A stretch of 64,000 bases of DNA from sequence record NC_041877.1, one strand, 5' to 3'. The position numbers and the translations under genes were made by a program. Positions 17,512-27,605 of this stretch are shown piece after piece (position 1 is the first letter of the stretch; every line of letters starts with the position of its first letter). The notes beneath the pieces were generated by a model, which did not search any database, was not told the DNA's origin, and saw only the letters and a program-made list of their open reading frames with translations. This DNA comes from Pseudomonas phage SM1.

Positions 17512-20484
17512 ATGACTATTGTTTATGGCGGTAACCTGGGGCTGATGTCCGGCGGTGCCAAGGGTGAAGAACACTACGATCCTCTAATGAACTTCATGCG
17601 AGGCCTAGATGCTTTGGTTCAGCCTCGGGTACGCAGTATTGTCTCTTCCCTGCCGACTTCCGGTATGGCGGATGGTGACGTATACGTTTACACCGGGGCC
17701 GACGCCAACCAGAACAAGCTAGCGCGCTACAGCGTTGTTCTCGCTGGGTGGGAGTATTTCACCCCTAAAAATGGCTGGGAGGTTCGAGTTCTGGACCAAC
17801 TGGATGGTAACGGGCAATACAAAATCTTCGGGTTCAAAGGAGGAGCCTGGACCGAACAGTTGTCCACGGGGGGACTCACTATCGCAGAGGGCGATGCGCG
17901 CTACGAAAAGTTACTGAAGCATAACCTCACGGCCACCACGGACCCGACCTCGGCGGACGATGCCTCGCAGGGCTATTCGATTCTTAGCAAATGGCTGAAC
18001 ACCACCACCAAGGAACTGTACTTCTGCGTAGACACTACGGCTGGTGCGGCCAAGTGGGAACAGGCCACTCTCACTATCGACGATCTGGGGACTGCGGCGA
18101 TGTCCAATGTTGGCAGCTCCGCGAATAACCTGCCCACCGTCAGCACCGTGCAAAGTCTGATAAGCGGTCAGCCAGTTTTCGTTCCCTCCGACGCTAGTGG
18201 ACCTGGGGTGAAAGGCCTAGTACCCGCGCCGCCGGCTACTGAAGTGAAGCGATTTCTCGCTAATGACGGGACCTGGGCACTGATCACGCAAGAGGATATT
18301 GACCCTGCTAGCGGCGAGAACTTGGGCAACGGTGCCGCCGTTTACCTACAAACCGTTGGTAACGTCCTTCAGTTCAAAACCCTGGTCTCTACCGATGGTA
18401 GCGTTAGCATTACGGTGAGTGAGGGCACCCTTGACTTTTCCGCTACTGGTTCGGTGGCATTCAAGACGCTCCAGCAGGCGGGCAGCGGCGGGGTAGCCTT
18501 ACTCTCGGCGCCGAACACCACTACTCTGTCTGCGAAACAACTGAAGGCAGGCAACAACGTTACGCTTCAGGACCAGTCCGGGGTGATCACTATCAACGCG
18601 ACTGGAGGCAGCAGCGGGGGCGGAAACGTCGAACCTGTAGTTACCGAGTACGAGCTGTTCTACGGCGTTAGCGGTAACTCCGTACCTAACAACAATGCCA
18701 TTCTTTCCGTCACTGAGGCTCAAGCCCTAGGCGTGTCCGCCACCTTCACCGATCTTGGTAATGGCCGCTTCGAATTCAAGGACCCGGTAAATACTCCGGA
18801 TGCGTTGATCTGGGGCGTTTACCTAAAGATCAAACTTCCAGACTATCCAGTGCAGTACCTGATGGACGTTGAATCTTTTGCGCTGTCGGGCTCTTCGCAA
18901 ACTAACGTAGCACTCAACGTAGCTAGCTCTCTGGACAAAGACCCGAGCAAGTACGGCTGGGTAGCCATCAACAACAATAAGCCTTTCCCGTGGAAAGCTG
19001 GCGACCTTATGAACGACCGAGATACCAAGTTCTACGATATGGTCGGACCCGGCGGGGACTACTTGGGCGGCACCCCGATGCAATCGGTAGTGTTCGGCCT
19101 GTACCACATACCCACTGGCAATCCAGAGCCTATCCCTTTGGTGCCTTACACCCTGCCGGGTTTGGATACTACGGCAACGCGCGGGAATATTGGCAGTCTG
19201 CGTATCCGGGCTAGGTTCGAAATCCCTGGGCCGCCGGTAAACGATGGGTTCATCCCCACCGGTCAGCTTCTGTCATCTTCGCAGTATCCGGCTTTGGCCC
19301 TGCGCAGTAACCAAACGTTTGGCGATCTCTTCAATTTTGCGCTGTTGGAGGAAGTACCAGACGTGGGAGCTAACGCCGGCACTCAAGCACAAATGATCGC
19401 CTACGCCTCCTCGTTTTCCTACATCTCCAACGGGACCACTACGTATTATGATTGTGTGGTCGGGTATGGTGATCCGGGCGGCGATGCATTCGCTGATCAA
19501 CGGCAAATGGCCTGGGTACGCGTGCAGGGTGATACCGGGCCGTGGGTCGCGAAAAACTTGGACCCGGCGGGTGATCGTTTGAACTCCGCGATTGTGCAGA
19601 TCGAAGAGTTTCAACAACGTCTGGTACTGGTGCGCGACAGTCAGGGCCGCTTGTACAGCTCCGCCAATGCTCTGGATTCCATCACCCCGATAGACCTTCC
19701 GGATGTGCAATCCGGCACCGAGTTCATGGTGGGCTCCCTCCCTTCTGGGAACTACGCTCCGCATTCTCTTGCGGGGTTCGCAGATGGGACTTCTAAACTC
19801 GTGTGGCGGGACATGGACGAAAACGGAAATGTGTTGGGTTGGCAGGCTAGCAACGCCACGCCACCGGAGGCCGGTCAGTTTATCGGTTGCGCGTTCGGTA
19901 GTGGCCGCCACTTGGCAATAAATAACGATGGCAAGATTTGGGTAACCACGGATTTCGGGCAAACCTGGGCCGAGTACGCCTACCAACTGCCACTCAATAA
20001 CGGTAACCCGTACTTCCTTCGCGCGATCCAAGGAAGCGATAACGGCTTTGTCATTTGGGCAGACAACGACATTCATTTTGTAATGAACTACGATGAGTCT
20101 GCTGGATGGAAAGGTCCGTTCCGCATCCGTACTACTGTCGAGGTGAACCCTGTGGCTTTCAGGCTCACCGGTTCGTCCCTGATAGTAGCTGCGCAGGTAT
20201 TCCCCGAGTCTCCCCCGACTTACTCTGCTCTTTTCATTCGTCAGAACATTTTCTCGGGTACAGAGTCTGGCCCTGCCTCGTGGAAACAGAGCTACATGAC
20301 CTTCGTGAATAACGAGCGTCTGTATCTTGCTGAATACGGAGGTCAGCCAGTAGTGATTACCGACAACGAAATGGCGCCGTACGAGCCTACGCTTTGGCGT
20401 AGCACGAGTAACACCGATGGATGGTTGTACCTCCCGCCGTACGAGGCTCAGGAAGGGTACGAAGCGGTAGTTCGTGCATACTGA
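17512..20484 (+). CDS. tail fibre / tail spike protein (990 aa)
   Basis: Large ORF at the end of the tail module, rich in G/S/T/N, followed by a motif copy and a terminator. Confidence 0.55.
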   Translation: MTIVYGGNLGLMSGGAKGEEHYDPLMNFMRGLDALVQPRVRSIVSSLPTSGMADGDVYVYTGADANQNKLARYSVVLAGWEYFTPKNGWEVRVLDQLDGNGQYKIFGFKGGAWTEQLSTGGLTIAEGDARYEKLLKHNLTATTDPTSADDASQGYSILSKWLNTTTKELYFCVDTTAGAAKWEQATLTIDDLGTAAMSNVGSSANNLPTVSTVQSLISGQPVFVPSDASGPGVKGLVPAPPATEVKRFLANDGTWALITQEDIDPASGENLGNGAAVYLQTVGNVLQFKTLVSTDGSVSITVSEGTLDFSATGSVAFKTLQQAGSGGVALLSAPNTTTLSAKQLKAGNNVTLQDQSGVITINATGGSSGGGNVEPVVTEYELFYGVSGNSVPNNNAILSVTEAQALGVSATFTDLGNGRFEFKDPVNTPDALIWGVYLKIKLPDYPVQYLMDVESFALSGSSQTNVALNVASSLDKDPSKYGWVAINNNKPFPWKAGDLMNDRDTKFYDMVGPGGDYLGGTPMQSVVFGLYHIPTGNPEPIPLVPYTLPGLDTTATRGNIGSLRIRARFEIPGPPVNDGFIPTGQLLSSSQYPALALRSNQTFGDLFNFALLEEVPDVGANAGTQAQMIAYASSFSYISNGTTTYYDCVVGYGDPGGDAFADQRQMAWVRVQGDTGPWVAKNLDPAGDRLNSAIVQIEEFQQRLVLVRDSQGRLYSSANALDSITPIDLPDVQSGTEFMVGSLPSGNYAPHSLAGFADGTSKLVWRDMDENGNVLGWQASNATPPEAGQFIGCAFGSGRHLAINNDGKIWVTTDFGQTWAEYAYQLPLNNGNPYFLRAIQGSDNGFVIWADNDIHFVMNYDESAGWKGPFRIRTTVEVNPVAFRLTGSSLIVAAQVFPESPPTYSALFIRQNIFSGTESGPASWKQSYMTFVNNERLYLAEYGGQPVVITDNEMAPYEPTLWRSTSNTDGWLYLPPYEAQEGYEAVVRAY

Positions 20485-20500
20485 GTGCAAGCGTTTGCAC
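20485..20500. promoter_or_regulatory. motif copy GTGCAAGCGTTTGCAC, starting 1 nt after the tail-fibre stop codon
   Basis: Same family. Followed by an 8-bp inverted repeat and a terminator. Confidence 0.8.
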
Positions 20501-20557
20501 CAGGGTAGTCAATTTGTGTTGATAGCCATTGGCTACCCTGGTACTTTGCGCACATAC

Positions 20558-20577
20558 GGGGCTTCGGCCCCGTTTTT
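20558..20577 (+). terminator. rho-independent terminator GGGGC-ttcg-GCCCCGTTTTT
   Basis: GC hairpin plus T5 after the tail fibre gene. Confidence 0.65.
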
Positions 20578-20607
20578 GTAACTGAACCCACCAACTAGGA
20601 GAACGGC

Positions 20608-21240
20608 ATGGGCGCTACATACTCCGAGAAAACTTATCGCAGGCTCCAGTCTGTTTGCCTGGGGCTAACGATATTGAGTCTGTTTGTCCTGTTCTACGTA
20701 CACCAGTACGTTATTGACGGGGACGCGCGCAACATTACCCAGACCCTGGGCAGAGTGGCTTCCTCGTATGTGGAGCCGGAGAGTAACCCTCAAGCGATTA
20801 TCCGTGCGGAGGATCATTGTCGGTTCTGGGACAGTAGTTATTGCAAAGCGGCAGAGATTCGTCGTACGACTTTTACGTCGTACTTCAACATGCCTTTGCG
20901 GGTGCCGGCGTATATCCAGCAGGACCCGCAGTACATGGACTTTCAAAAAGCTAAACAGCAGCTTTTGAAATCGACATCAACCTTTGTTCTCTTTCTGAAC
21001 ACGAAACCTAGCAATGAGGAGTACAAAGCGAAAGCACAGAGTTTCGAGAAGGAGGCCGACGAGCTGGTAGGCAACATCATCAACAGCTTGTACGGGCTAC
21101 AGCAAACGGCTACGTCGCGGTCCGACCGTGCCAATATCCCTTTGTTGGTCGTATGCTACCTGATCGCGCTCGCGCAGTTCGCCATACTCAGTATCATGCG
21201 CTTTGACTGGGGGCTGCAATGGACGCGCAAACTGGGGTAA
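20608..21240 (+). CDS. membrane protein (lysis-region, function unknown)
   Basis: N-terminal TM segment LGLTILSLFVLFYV and a C-terminal hydrophobic segment. RBS ggagaacggc-ATG. Confidence 0.45.
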   Translation: MGATYSEKTYRRLQSVCLGLTILSLFVLFYVHQYVIDGDARNITQTLGRVASSYVEPESNPQAIIRAEDHCRFWDSSYCKAAEIRRTTFTSYFNMPLRVPAYIQQDPQYMDFQKAKQQLLKSTSTFVLFLNTKPSNEEYKAKAQSFEKEADELVGNIINSLYGLQQTATSRSDRANIPLLVVCYLIALAQFAILSIMRFDWGLQWTRKLG

Positions 21241-21548
21241 TGAGTATTCCCCTCACGACGCTGGTATGGGTCCTGGGGATTGCGGCTATGGGTGGTCTGG
21301 TCAGCTACCTAAACAAGCCGGAACCAAAGACCATCGGCGGGGTCCTGATTGTACTCCTTACCAGTGGCTTCACAGGATTCATGGCTTACTGCCTCTGCAT
21401 CGAAAATGAGGTAAGTGTAGGTATGACTACTGTGATAGTAGGTATTGTGGGTATGATGGGTAAACGGGCCGGGGATGACTTCCAGAACATGGTTAGGACA
21501 CGTCTGGGGATTCCTACCGCCGATCAAAAATCCAGAGAGGCTGAGTGA
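21240..21548 (+). CDS. putative holin (multi-TMD small membrane protein)
   Basis: About 100 aa with 2-3 predicted TM helices and a charged C-terminus, immediately upstream of the endolysin. TAATG coupling. The alternative start 21219 is possible. Confidence 0.45.
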   Translation: MSIPLTTLVWVLGIAAMGGLVSYLNKPEPKTIGGVLIVLLTSGFTGFMAYCLCIENEVSVGMTTVIVGIVGMMGKRAGDDFQNMVRTRLGIPTADQKSREAE

Positions 21549-22036
21549 TGAACAAAACTATCGAGGTAGGCAAATCCCTTTGGGAGGTAGTGTGCAGCTC
21601 GGTAAGCGCACTGGTAGCAGCGGGCTTGCTGATGATGTTCGTCTACTGGATGATCCTTCAGCCAGCCCCTCTCTCTATCAACTCGGAGGGGCTGGAGCTG
21701 AACTACAAAGCGGCAAGAGGAACTCTGATGTATGTAGAGAATCCGATTAGCCCTCCCAATACATCCATTCAGGTTGAGCTGAACGCCGAATTGATCGGGG
21801 TAGATAACAGTAGTCGTTATCTGATGTCCTCGCGCGACTCCCGTGACATGATCGTTATCGACGATGCGGATTTGCGACCCGCTAATGTCCGGATCGGCTA
21901 CCCGCTCTATGGGGTATACATACCGCCTTACGTCAAGCCGGGGACCTACCACTACGAGGTAGAGGCGAGATACAGGCTGAACTTTTTCCGAGAAGAAAAA
22001 TTGAAACTACCGACGATTACAATAACGGTAGAGTGA
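21548..22036 (+). CDS. membrane-anchored protein (unknown; lysis region)
   Basis: TGATG coupling. N-terminal TM helix VCSSVSALVAAGLLMMFVYWMIL. Confidence 0.4.
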   Translation: MNKTIEVGKSLWEVVCSSVSALVAAGLLMMFVYWMILQPAPLSINSEGLELNYKAARGTLMYVENPISPPNTSIQVELNAELIGVDNSSRYLMSSRDSRDMIVIDDADLRPANVRIGYPLYGVYIPPYVKPGTYHYEVEARYRLNFFREEKLKLPTITITVE

Positions 22037-22052
22037 GTGCAAACGCTTGCAA
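22037..22052. promoter_or_regulatory. motif copy GTGCAAACGCTTGCAA, between stop of 21548 gene and SD of endolysin
   Basis: Same family. Confidence 0.8.
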
Positions 22053-22064
22053 AGGAGAACCACA

Positions 22065-22739
22065 ATGGCACAAGTAACCGCAGAGCAGCTTCGTATCCTG
22101 GCGCCGGGCGTAAAGTCGGTAAAGCGCATAGATAATCTGGTACAAGCGCTCAACTTAGCAGCTATGACGTGCGGCATCGCCAACACTCCACGTCGGCTGC
22201 GCTATTTCCTGGCCCAGTGCGCCCACGAGTCTCGTGACTTTACCCGGGTGGAGGAGAGTCTGTACTACACCGACCCTAAGCGGGTAGTAAGCATCTTCAA
22301 GTCTGGCTTCGACCTTAACCGCAATGGAGTTGCTGACGCGGACGAGATTGAGTTCGCAAAAGGCTATCTGCGCAATCCTGAAAAGCTGGCTAACCGCGCC
22401 TATGCCAATCGTTTCGGGAATGGCGACGAGGCCTCTGGGGATGGTTGGAGGTATCGAGGGTCAGGCTTCATTATGCTGACGTTTAAGGACAACTTTCGCG
22501 CTATCTCCAGGCGGATTTACAAGGATGACCGTCTGGTAGATCAGCCGGAGCTACTGCGCAATACTGACAGCTTTTACGGGCCGGCGATGTCGGCTGGGTA
22601 TTTTTGGATGGATAAGGGGTTGAATGCGCTGGCTGATGCGGATCAGTTCACACGGGTCAGCCAGATCATCCAGGGCGATACCAGCACGGTAAAAGAACGC
22701 CTGGATTATTTGCGACGAGCTAACGCTTTGGTGTTCTAA
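22065..22739 (+). CDS. endolysin, glycoside hydrolase family 19 (chitinase-like lysozyme)
   Basis: Motifs FLAQCAHESRDF and MSAGYFWMDKG match GH19 signatures. RBS aaggagaac. Position in the lysis cassette. Confidence 0.8.
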   Translation: MAQVTAEQLRILAPGVKSVKRIDNLVQALNLAAMTCGIANTPRRLRYFLAQCAHESRDFTRVEESLYYTDPKRVVSIFKSGFDLNRNGVADADEIEFAKGYLRNPEKLANRAYANRFGNGDEASGDGWRYRGSGFIMLTFKDNFRAISRRIYKDDRLVDQPELLRNTDSFYGPAMSAGYFWMDKGLNALADADQFTRVSQIIQGDTSTVKERLDYLRRANALVF

Positions 22740-22742
22740 GAT

Positions 22743-22952
22743 ATGGAGCACTATAAAGACCCATATTTCTGGGTATGCGTAAGAGCAGCCCTGTCCAACT
22801 CCTCTTTTGTCGAGAACTGGGCTAGACTGCACGAGCTTGAACTTCCGCGAAACGGAATAGAGGCGGCAATCGACGAGGCTACTGGGAGGAATAGCCAAAT
22901 CGTTGAGTTGTTTCTCGGCGATGTTAAAAATCTGATATACGACAGGGCATGA
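22743..22952 (+). CDS. hypothetical protein
   Basis: Short ORF between endolysin and spanins. Confidence 0.35.
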   Translation: MEHYKDPYFWVCVRAALSNSSFVENWARLHELELPRNGIEAAIDEATGRNSQIVELFLGDVKNLIYDRA

Positions 22953-22955
22953 ACT

Positions 22956-23321
22956 ATGGGCTCGATAAAGATGTACGTGATAGGGGGCCTAGCGTTGGTA
23001 GCTGTAGGTCTTCTCGGCGTTTTGGGTACCTGGGGTGCTTGGGAGTACCGTGGCCGGATAGCGGATCGCGAACTGAAGGCAGAGCAGGACAGGATGGCCG
23101 GTCTCCTGAAGAAGCAGACGGAACTAACCGACCAATACCGCAATCAAGCTGACAAGGTGTATAGCGAGCTGCTGGATCGGATTGACAACATCAAGGTAGT
23201 AAACACCACTATCAACAAAACCATCCAGGCGGAGAAAATTGCCAATCCGAGCTTCTACGCTCAACCACTGCCGCCTGGGGGGAGGGAAGCATGGCTAAAG
23301 GCACGTATGCAGTTGCAGTAG
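22956..23321 (+). CDS. i-spanin (Rz-like)
   Basis: N-terminal TM helix, then coiled-coil rich in Q/E/K/R. Lies downstream of the endolysin. Confidence 0.6.
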   Translation: MGSIKMYVIGGLALVAVGLLGVLGTWGAWEYRGRIADRELKAEQDRMAGLLKKQTELTDQYRNQADKVYSELLDRIDNIKVVNTTINKTIQAEKIANPSFYAQPLPPGGREAWLKARMQLQ

Positions 23322-23584
23322 TGTTTGGGATGGCGTTATTCGCCGCCGGATGCAGCAACAAACAGCCCCAGGAACCCAACGAATACCAGATTGCCTTGAA
23401 GAGCATACCGGATGACCTGCTGCGCCAGGGGCCGGTATTGGGGCCGCCTCCGGGGAACTCGGTTGGAGACCTCCTAGATGACTACAACGATGCGGTATCA
23501 GTTGGTAGTCAATGCACCGCGAGGCATGCAGCTCTCATCCGCCTACTAGCTCCTCTAGTCCAAAAAGCAAAAGCCCCTCAATAG
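23291..23584 (+). CDS. o-spanin (Rz1-like outer-membrane lipoprotein)
   Basis: Lipobox LFAAGC and Pro-rich mature part. Start overlaps the 3' end of the i-spanin gene in another frame. Confidence 0.6.
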   Translation: MAKGTYAVAVVFGMALFAAGCSNKQPQEPNEYQIALKSIPDDLLRQGPVLGPPPGNSVGDLLDDYNDAVSVGSQCTARHAALIRLLAPLVQKAKAPQ

Positions 23585-23601
23585 CCCGCTACGGCGGGCT
23601 T
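23584..23601 (+). terminator. weak hairpin AGCCCGC-tacg-GCGGGCT (no strong T tract)
   Basis: Inverted repeat at the end of the lysis cassette. Confidence 0.3.
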
Positions 23602-23614
23602 ACCCTCTGTTCCT

Positions 23615-23643
23615 TTGCCTAGTCTTGTCCTTTTCCGTATAAT
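23615..23643 (+). promoter_or_regulatory. sigma70-like promoter TTGCCT-17-TATAAT, 7 nt upstream of motif copy
   Basis: -35 at 23615-23620, 17-nt spacer, -10 TATAAT at 23638-23643. Motif GTGCAAGCGTTTGCAC starts at 23651, which is about +1. Confidence 0.45.
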
Positions 23644-23650
23644 CGTCATC

Positions 23651-23666
23651 GTGCAAGCGTTTGCAC
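23651..23666. promoter_or_regulatory. motif copy GTGCAAGCGTTTGCAC at predicted +1 of promoter 23615-23643; followed by conserved extension TTGCACTAGGTCT
   Basis: Same family. The extension is shared with copy 59454. Confidence 0.8.
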
Positions 23667-23720
23667 TAGGTCTCGAATGACTGCGGCTTACCCGCCGCCA
23701 CTACACGACAGGAATAGGAC

Positions 23721-25445
23721 ATGAGCCAGAATATCTCCGCCTCGGCGGTATCCGAAACCCCCGAGTCTGAGCGTATGCTTTGCGACGAGCTGGTACGGTT
23801 GGTAGACGCCGGCATCTCCATCATCCAGATCAAGACCCGGGAGCCGGGGCGCACCCTCGAAATCCTGCGCAAGCACATTACCGCCGACCAGGCAAACGCC
23901 TACCGCGAGTTCGACATCGTTTCCGGGACTCGCAACAACTTCAGCCCGGCGAACTACAGCGAACATGCCCTGGCCGGTACGAACAACGACGCCATGAAAT
24001 ACGTCGAGGCTATCGGGTTCATTCACCGTGACCTGAACAGCTCTGACGGTATTCTCCGGCAGCCAGACCCCAAGCTACTCCATTGCGTCTATAACGTCCC
24101 GATTGAAATGACCAACAACAATCACTTGGTCTTGGAGACGTTGAAGCTCTACTACACAGTTTTGCCCTCTACCAAGGCATGCATGATCTTCATCACCGGC
24201 GAAGACTCGCTCAAGCTTCCGACTGGAATGGTGCATGTCATCAACGCTCCCACTCCCACCCTGTCCGAGCTGGAGAACTACCTGCGGGCTACTTTGGAGC
24301 GGGTAGCAGACGATTACGAAGGTGGTCTGGAAATCGACGATGGGCAGTATACCGCTCTCGCTCGGCTGGGCCTGGGGATGACCAAAGACGAATTCGACAA
24401 TTGCGTTTGTCTGGTCATTGTAGACAACCCGGATAGCGAGGTAGATACCCTCACTGCCGAGCCGTTCTTCGAAGGTATCGCACGCGGCAAAACCGAGATC
24501 GTCAAGTCTTCCGATATTCTGGAACTCTACCATCCGGAGAGCATCGAGAATGTGGCAGGCATGGCGGGCCTCAAGGACTGGGTAGGGGCCCGGGTAAACT
24601 GCTTCTCTGACGAAGCCAGGGAGTTCGGTATTCAGCCACCTAAAGCTGTAGCCTTGGTTGGCGTTCCGGGTACCGGTAAAAGCCTCGCTGCAAAGGCCAT
24701 CTCTTCGGTTCTCGGCGTGCCACTCTTGCGTTTGGACTTCGGTAAAGTCTTCTCGAAATGGGTAGGCGACTCGGAGTCGCGCATGAGGTCGGCACTCAAT
24801 ATGGTCTCCTCCATGGGGCAACTCGTACTCATGGTTGATGAGATCGACAAGGGTCTGGGTGGAATCGGCCAGGGCGGCGCCGACTCGGGCACTAGCTCTC
24901 GGGTTCTCGGGGCTTTCCTGACTTGGATGCAGGATAACGATAGCGGGTGCCTCGTAGTGGTTACCGCTAACCGGATCGACGGACTGCCGCCGGAGCTGTT
25001 CCGTAAGGGTCGTATGGATCAAGTATTTTCGGTTGGCATGCCTAACGCCGAGGAGCGCCGAGCTGTACTGGAAGTTCATTTGCGCCGCCGTGGCCGCAGC
25101 CTGGAGGATTTCAGCGAAAGCGAGCTGTCCGAATTCGAGTTGGTCTCGGACGGTTATGTCCCCGCTGAGATAGAGCAAGCTGTTAAGGATGCTCTCATTC
25201 TCGCGTTCAACGAGGACCCCGGCAATCCGACACTTGAGATGCGGCATATTCTCTCGGCCATGGACTCCAGCGTCCCCATGTCGCAATCGCATGCGGACCA
25301 GATCGCCCGTATAACCGAATGGGCCGAGAAAAATGCGGTACCAGTCAACCAGCCTATTCGAGTGCGCAGCGAAACCAGCCCTGCCGTGGTTCGTCGTGAT
25401 CGGGCGCCGCGTAGCCGCTCCAATCGTATCCTCGGAGGGAAATGA
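23721..25445 (+). CDS. AAA+ ATPase (classic AAA family)
   Basis: Walker A GVPGTGKSLAAKA, Walker B LVLMVDEIDK, and a second-region-of-homology-like VVTANRIDGLPPELFRKGRMD. Confidence 0.8.
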   Translation: MSQNISASAVSETPESERMLCDELVRLVDAGISIIQIKTREPGRTLEILRKHITADQANAYREFDIVSGTRNNFSPANYSEHALAGTNNDAMKYVEAIGFIHRDLNSSDGILRQPDPKLLHCVYNVPIEMTNNNHLVLETLKLYYTVLPSTKACMIFITGEDSLKLPTGMVHVINAPTPTLSELENYLRATLERVADDYEGGLEIDDGQYTALARLGLGMTKDEFDNCVCLVIVDNPDSEVDTLTAEPFFEGIARGKTEIVKSSDILELYHPESIENVAGMAGLKDWVGARVNCFSDEAREFGIQPPKAVALVGVPGTGKSLAAKAISSVLGVPLLRLDFGKVFSKWVGDSESRMRSALNMVSSMGQLVLMVDEIDKGLGGIGQGGADSGTSSRVLGAFLTWMQDNDSGCLVVVTANRIDGLPPELFRKGRMDQVFSVGMPNAEERRAVLEVHLRRRGRSLEDFSESELSEFELVSDGYVPAEIEQAVKDALILAFNEDPGNPTLEMRHILSAMDSSVPMSQSHADQIARITEWAEKNAVPVNQPIRVRSETSPAVVRRDRAPRSRSNRILGGK

Positions 25446-26047
25446 TCATGCTTTTTGCCCAGTACGCAGTGGGTTCGATTAACCTCGACAAACATCAAGT
25501 AACGCTCTCGGCGATGCGCGTAGAGGCTCCTTGGGTTCGCAAGTCGGCTATCGATACGGGCCGCCGGTCGTTGAATGACCGAGTTTGGCTAGCGGCATCG
25601 CGCACGGCTACTGAGAAAGGATTCTTCCTTCAGGCGGTCGGGCACCCGGAAGGAACGGTAGTGCTCCTGCAAGCTAACGAAACTAGGCGGGGCTTGCCCT
25701 ATGCGCAGGCGGGTCTTTTCTTGCGCCTTCGGGAGTCCGGTCCGTTGCTCACCATTTCTATGCGGTTACCGGTAAACCGCATCACCTTGCTCGGCGATAG
25801 CTTGGAAGTCTTCCGTGGAAAAGCGGATGTAATGACCGCCGCCGAGCTACGTGTACTCGGGATAGACATCCCTAACGGGTATAGCCGTACTTTTTGCAAT
25901 AAGACGGAAGTTGACGAACTCTTCACGGTGCGGGAGGTAGTGCCTTCTCAACTGCCTAAGCCTTCTTTCGCCGCCGTGGTAACTGCCAAAGGGGTGGAGG
26001 TAGTAGCTATAGCCCAACCTAAAGTCCGCACTCCGCGAAGGAGGTAG
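25442..26047 (+). CDS. hypothetical protein
   Basis: Translationally coupled to the AAA ATPase (ATGA overlap). Confidence 0.45.
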   Translation: MIMLFAQYAVGSINLDKHQVTLSAMRVEAPWVRKSAIDTGRRSLNDRVWLAASRTATEKGFFLQAVGHPEGTVVLLQANETRRGLPYAQAGLFLRLRESGPLLTISMRLPVNRITLLGDSLEVFRGKADVMTAAELRVLGIDIPNGYSRTFCNKTEVDELFTVREVVPSQLPKPSFAAVVTAKGVEVVAIAQPKVRTPRRR

Positions 26048-26050
26048 AGA

Positions 26051-27010
26051 ATGGCTCTCTTCGATACCGTAAACACGATAGACCTTCCGGGCGTGAGGGG
26101 CTATAGCCTGACCTTGCGCCCGGAGCAGTTAGCTGACGATATAGCAAGGCGGGACTATAGCCAGCTACGTGCCGTAGGGCTTCCCTGGTTTGTTGAGTAT
26201 CTGTATAGAGTATCGGACGACCACCTACAGGCATTAGCTATTTGCTCTACCTATCTTGGGTTTTATGAGTTTTTGCACAGCCTGACGGGCCGTGAACGGT
26301 TAGAGCTAAACATCGTGCGCAATCCATGCGAGAACTCCGTTCGTATAGTCCTGCTAGCATACGTTGAGCCGGCTCGGGTAGTCGCAGAGATGCCGTCGGC
26401 TCTGCAATGTACAGACCGCCGCTTGTCTGCCGAATCGTTCGGTATATGGGTTAGCGACCGGGAGTATCACGCTACGCCCCCTCTAAAACTAACGAGAAAG
26501 AGAGCTGAGGAGTTGCTGTCGTCGGGAGGGTCGTTGTACGGCGTCAGCCTACCACAGGCCATGACCTACTCTTTCTGTAGGCGCAGCCCCGAGACCGAGA
26601 GCGGTCGGAAGTTGTTCTTGCGACTACTGGAAATTTCTCGGAGAAAAGGCGACCGGAGTATGAGCGAGCTGGCAAGGGGCCTAAAATCTCTAGAACGATT
26701 CAAGCACTTCTGGTTACAGGTTAACCGTAGACCCGAGTCCGATGGTGTAGAGATTCGGGTGTTCGGGGCAAGCAAAAGCCTTTACGTTGAAGTTCTTGGC
26801 TCCCGGGACGTATTCTGCTTAACCGCTCCGGAACAAAGGAACAAAACCACTGTAGCTAGCGAAATCGGAGAGAATCCGTCAAACTCCGAACGTCGCTTGA
26901 TCCGCACTAACCGAAAAGGGAAATACCATGTCTCACACCAGCAGCATCAAAAGCATCAAGATTCAATCGATCTCCGCCTTGACCGCCGCCGTGGCCGAAC
27001 TCCGCGCTAG
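26051..27010 (+). CDS. hypothetical protein
   Basis: 319-aa ORF with RBS ggaggtagaga-ATG. Confidence 0.45.
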   Translation: MALFDTVNTIDLPGVRGYSLTLRPEQLADDIARRDYSQLRAVGLPWFVEYLYRVSDDHLQALAICSTYLGFYEFLHSLTGRERLELNIVRNPCENSVRIVLLAYVEPARVVAEMPSALQCTDRRLSAESFGIWVSDREYHATPPLKLTRKRAEELLSSGGSLYGVSLPQAMTYSFCRRSPETESGRKLFLRLLEISRRKGDRSMSELARGLKSLERFKHFWLQVNRRPESDGVEIRVFGASKSLYVEVLGSRDVFCLTAPEQRNKTTVASEIGENPSNSERRLIRTNRKGKYHVSHQQHQKHQDSIDLRLDRRRGRTPR

Positions 27011-27371
27011 CGGCATGAACATCGACATCGCCACCGACGCGGTGCCGCGCGCCTACTTCCAGAATCAGCAAGGCATGGGCAAGGCCCCCTACGTGATCCG
27101 GCTGCACGATGCCAAGTACGACGTTGGTGTCTACGCCCTCCCGGACGGTTCCGGTTACGAACTGCGTACCGACTTCTGGGGCGGTAGCGTCGAGCGTGTA
27201 GTCGGGGCGAAAGCCTCCAGCTCGGAAACCACCGAGCAGGCAAAGCTGGGCCGTATCTTCCAGGCGTATGCTTTGAACGCAGCGGAACAGCACGCCCACC
27301 AGCAGGGCATGACTACCACTCGTTCGGTCGGCCAAGACGGCGCCATTGAACTTCTCGTCCAGGGCTACTAA
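26928..27371 (+). CDS. hypothetical protein (possibly DUF1257-like; from memory, unverified)
   Basis: RBS aaaagggaaatacc-ATG. The ORF overlaps the 3' end of the upstream gene. Confidence 0.4.
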   Translation: MSHTSSIKSIKIQSISALTAAVAELRASGMNIDIATDAVPRAYFQNQQGMGKAPYVIRLHDAKYDVGVYALPDGSGYELRTDFWGGSVERVVGAKASSSETTEQAKLGRIFQAYALNAAEQHAHQQGMTTTRSVGQDGAIELLVQGY

Positions 27372-27382
27372 GGAGAGCCAAC

Positions 27383-27580
27383 ATGAGTAAGCAAATTCGA
27401 ATCACTGTGCAGCCGGACGGCACTACCAAGGTGGACGCCGAGAACTTCCAGGGGCAGGGTTGCGCCGCTGCGACGGAAGCCATCGCCTTGGCTATCACCG
27501 GGTCTGATCGTGACCGTAGCGACGACGATACCAAACCCGAGTTCTACGCCGAGACCGGCGAGTCCAACTTCCTGAACTGA
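27383..27580 (+). CDS. small hypothetical protein (possibly DUF2997-like; unverified)
   Basis: RBS ggagagccaac-ATG. 65 aa with an acidic C-terminus. Confidence 0.4.
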   Translation: MSKQIRITVQPDGTTKVDAENFQGQGCAAATEAIALAITGSDRDRSDDDTKPEFYAETGESNFLN

Positions 27581-27605
27581 CGGTACGGCCCCAAGAGACT
27601 ACATC

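Noticed and set aside
19273-20490. 405-aa minus-strand ORF inside the tail fibre gene
   Set aside because: Antisense artefact of GC-rich coding sequence. It breaks the otherwise strictly unidirectional gene organisation.
20501-20540. 8-bp inverted repeat CAGGGTAG...CTACCCTG after motif copy 20485 as an independent element
   Set aside because: Short and unique. It is probably part of the terminator/3' UTR structure of the tail-fibre transcript, and there is too little evidence for a separate function.
24075-25292. 405-aa minus-strand ORF inside the AAA ATPase gene
   Set aside because: Same reasoning. The + strand gene carries clear Walker motifs.
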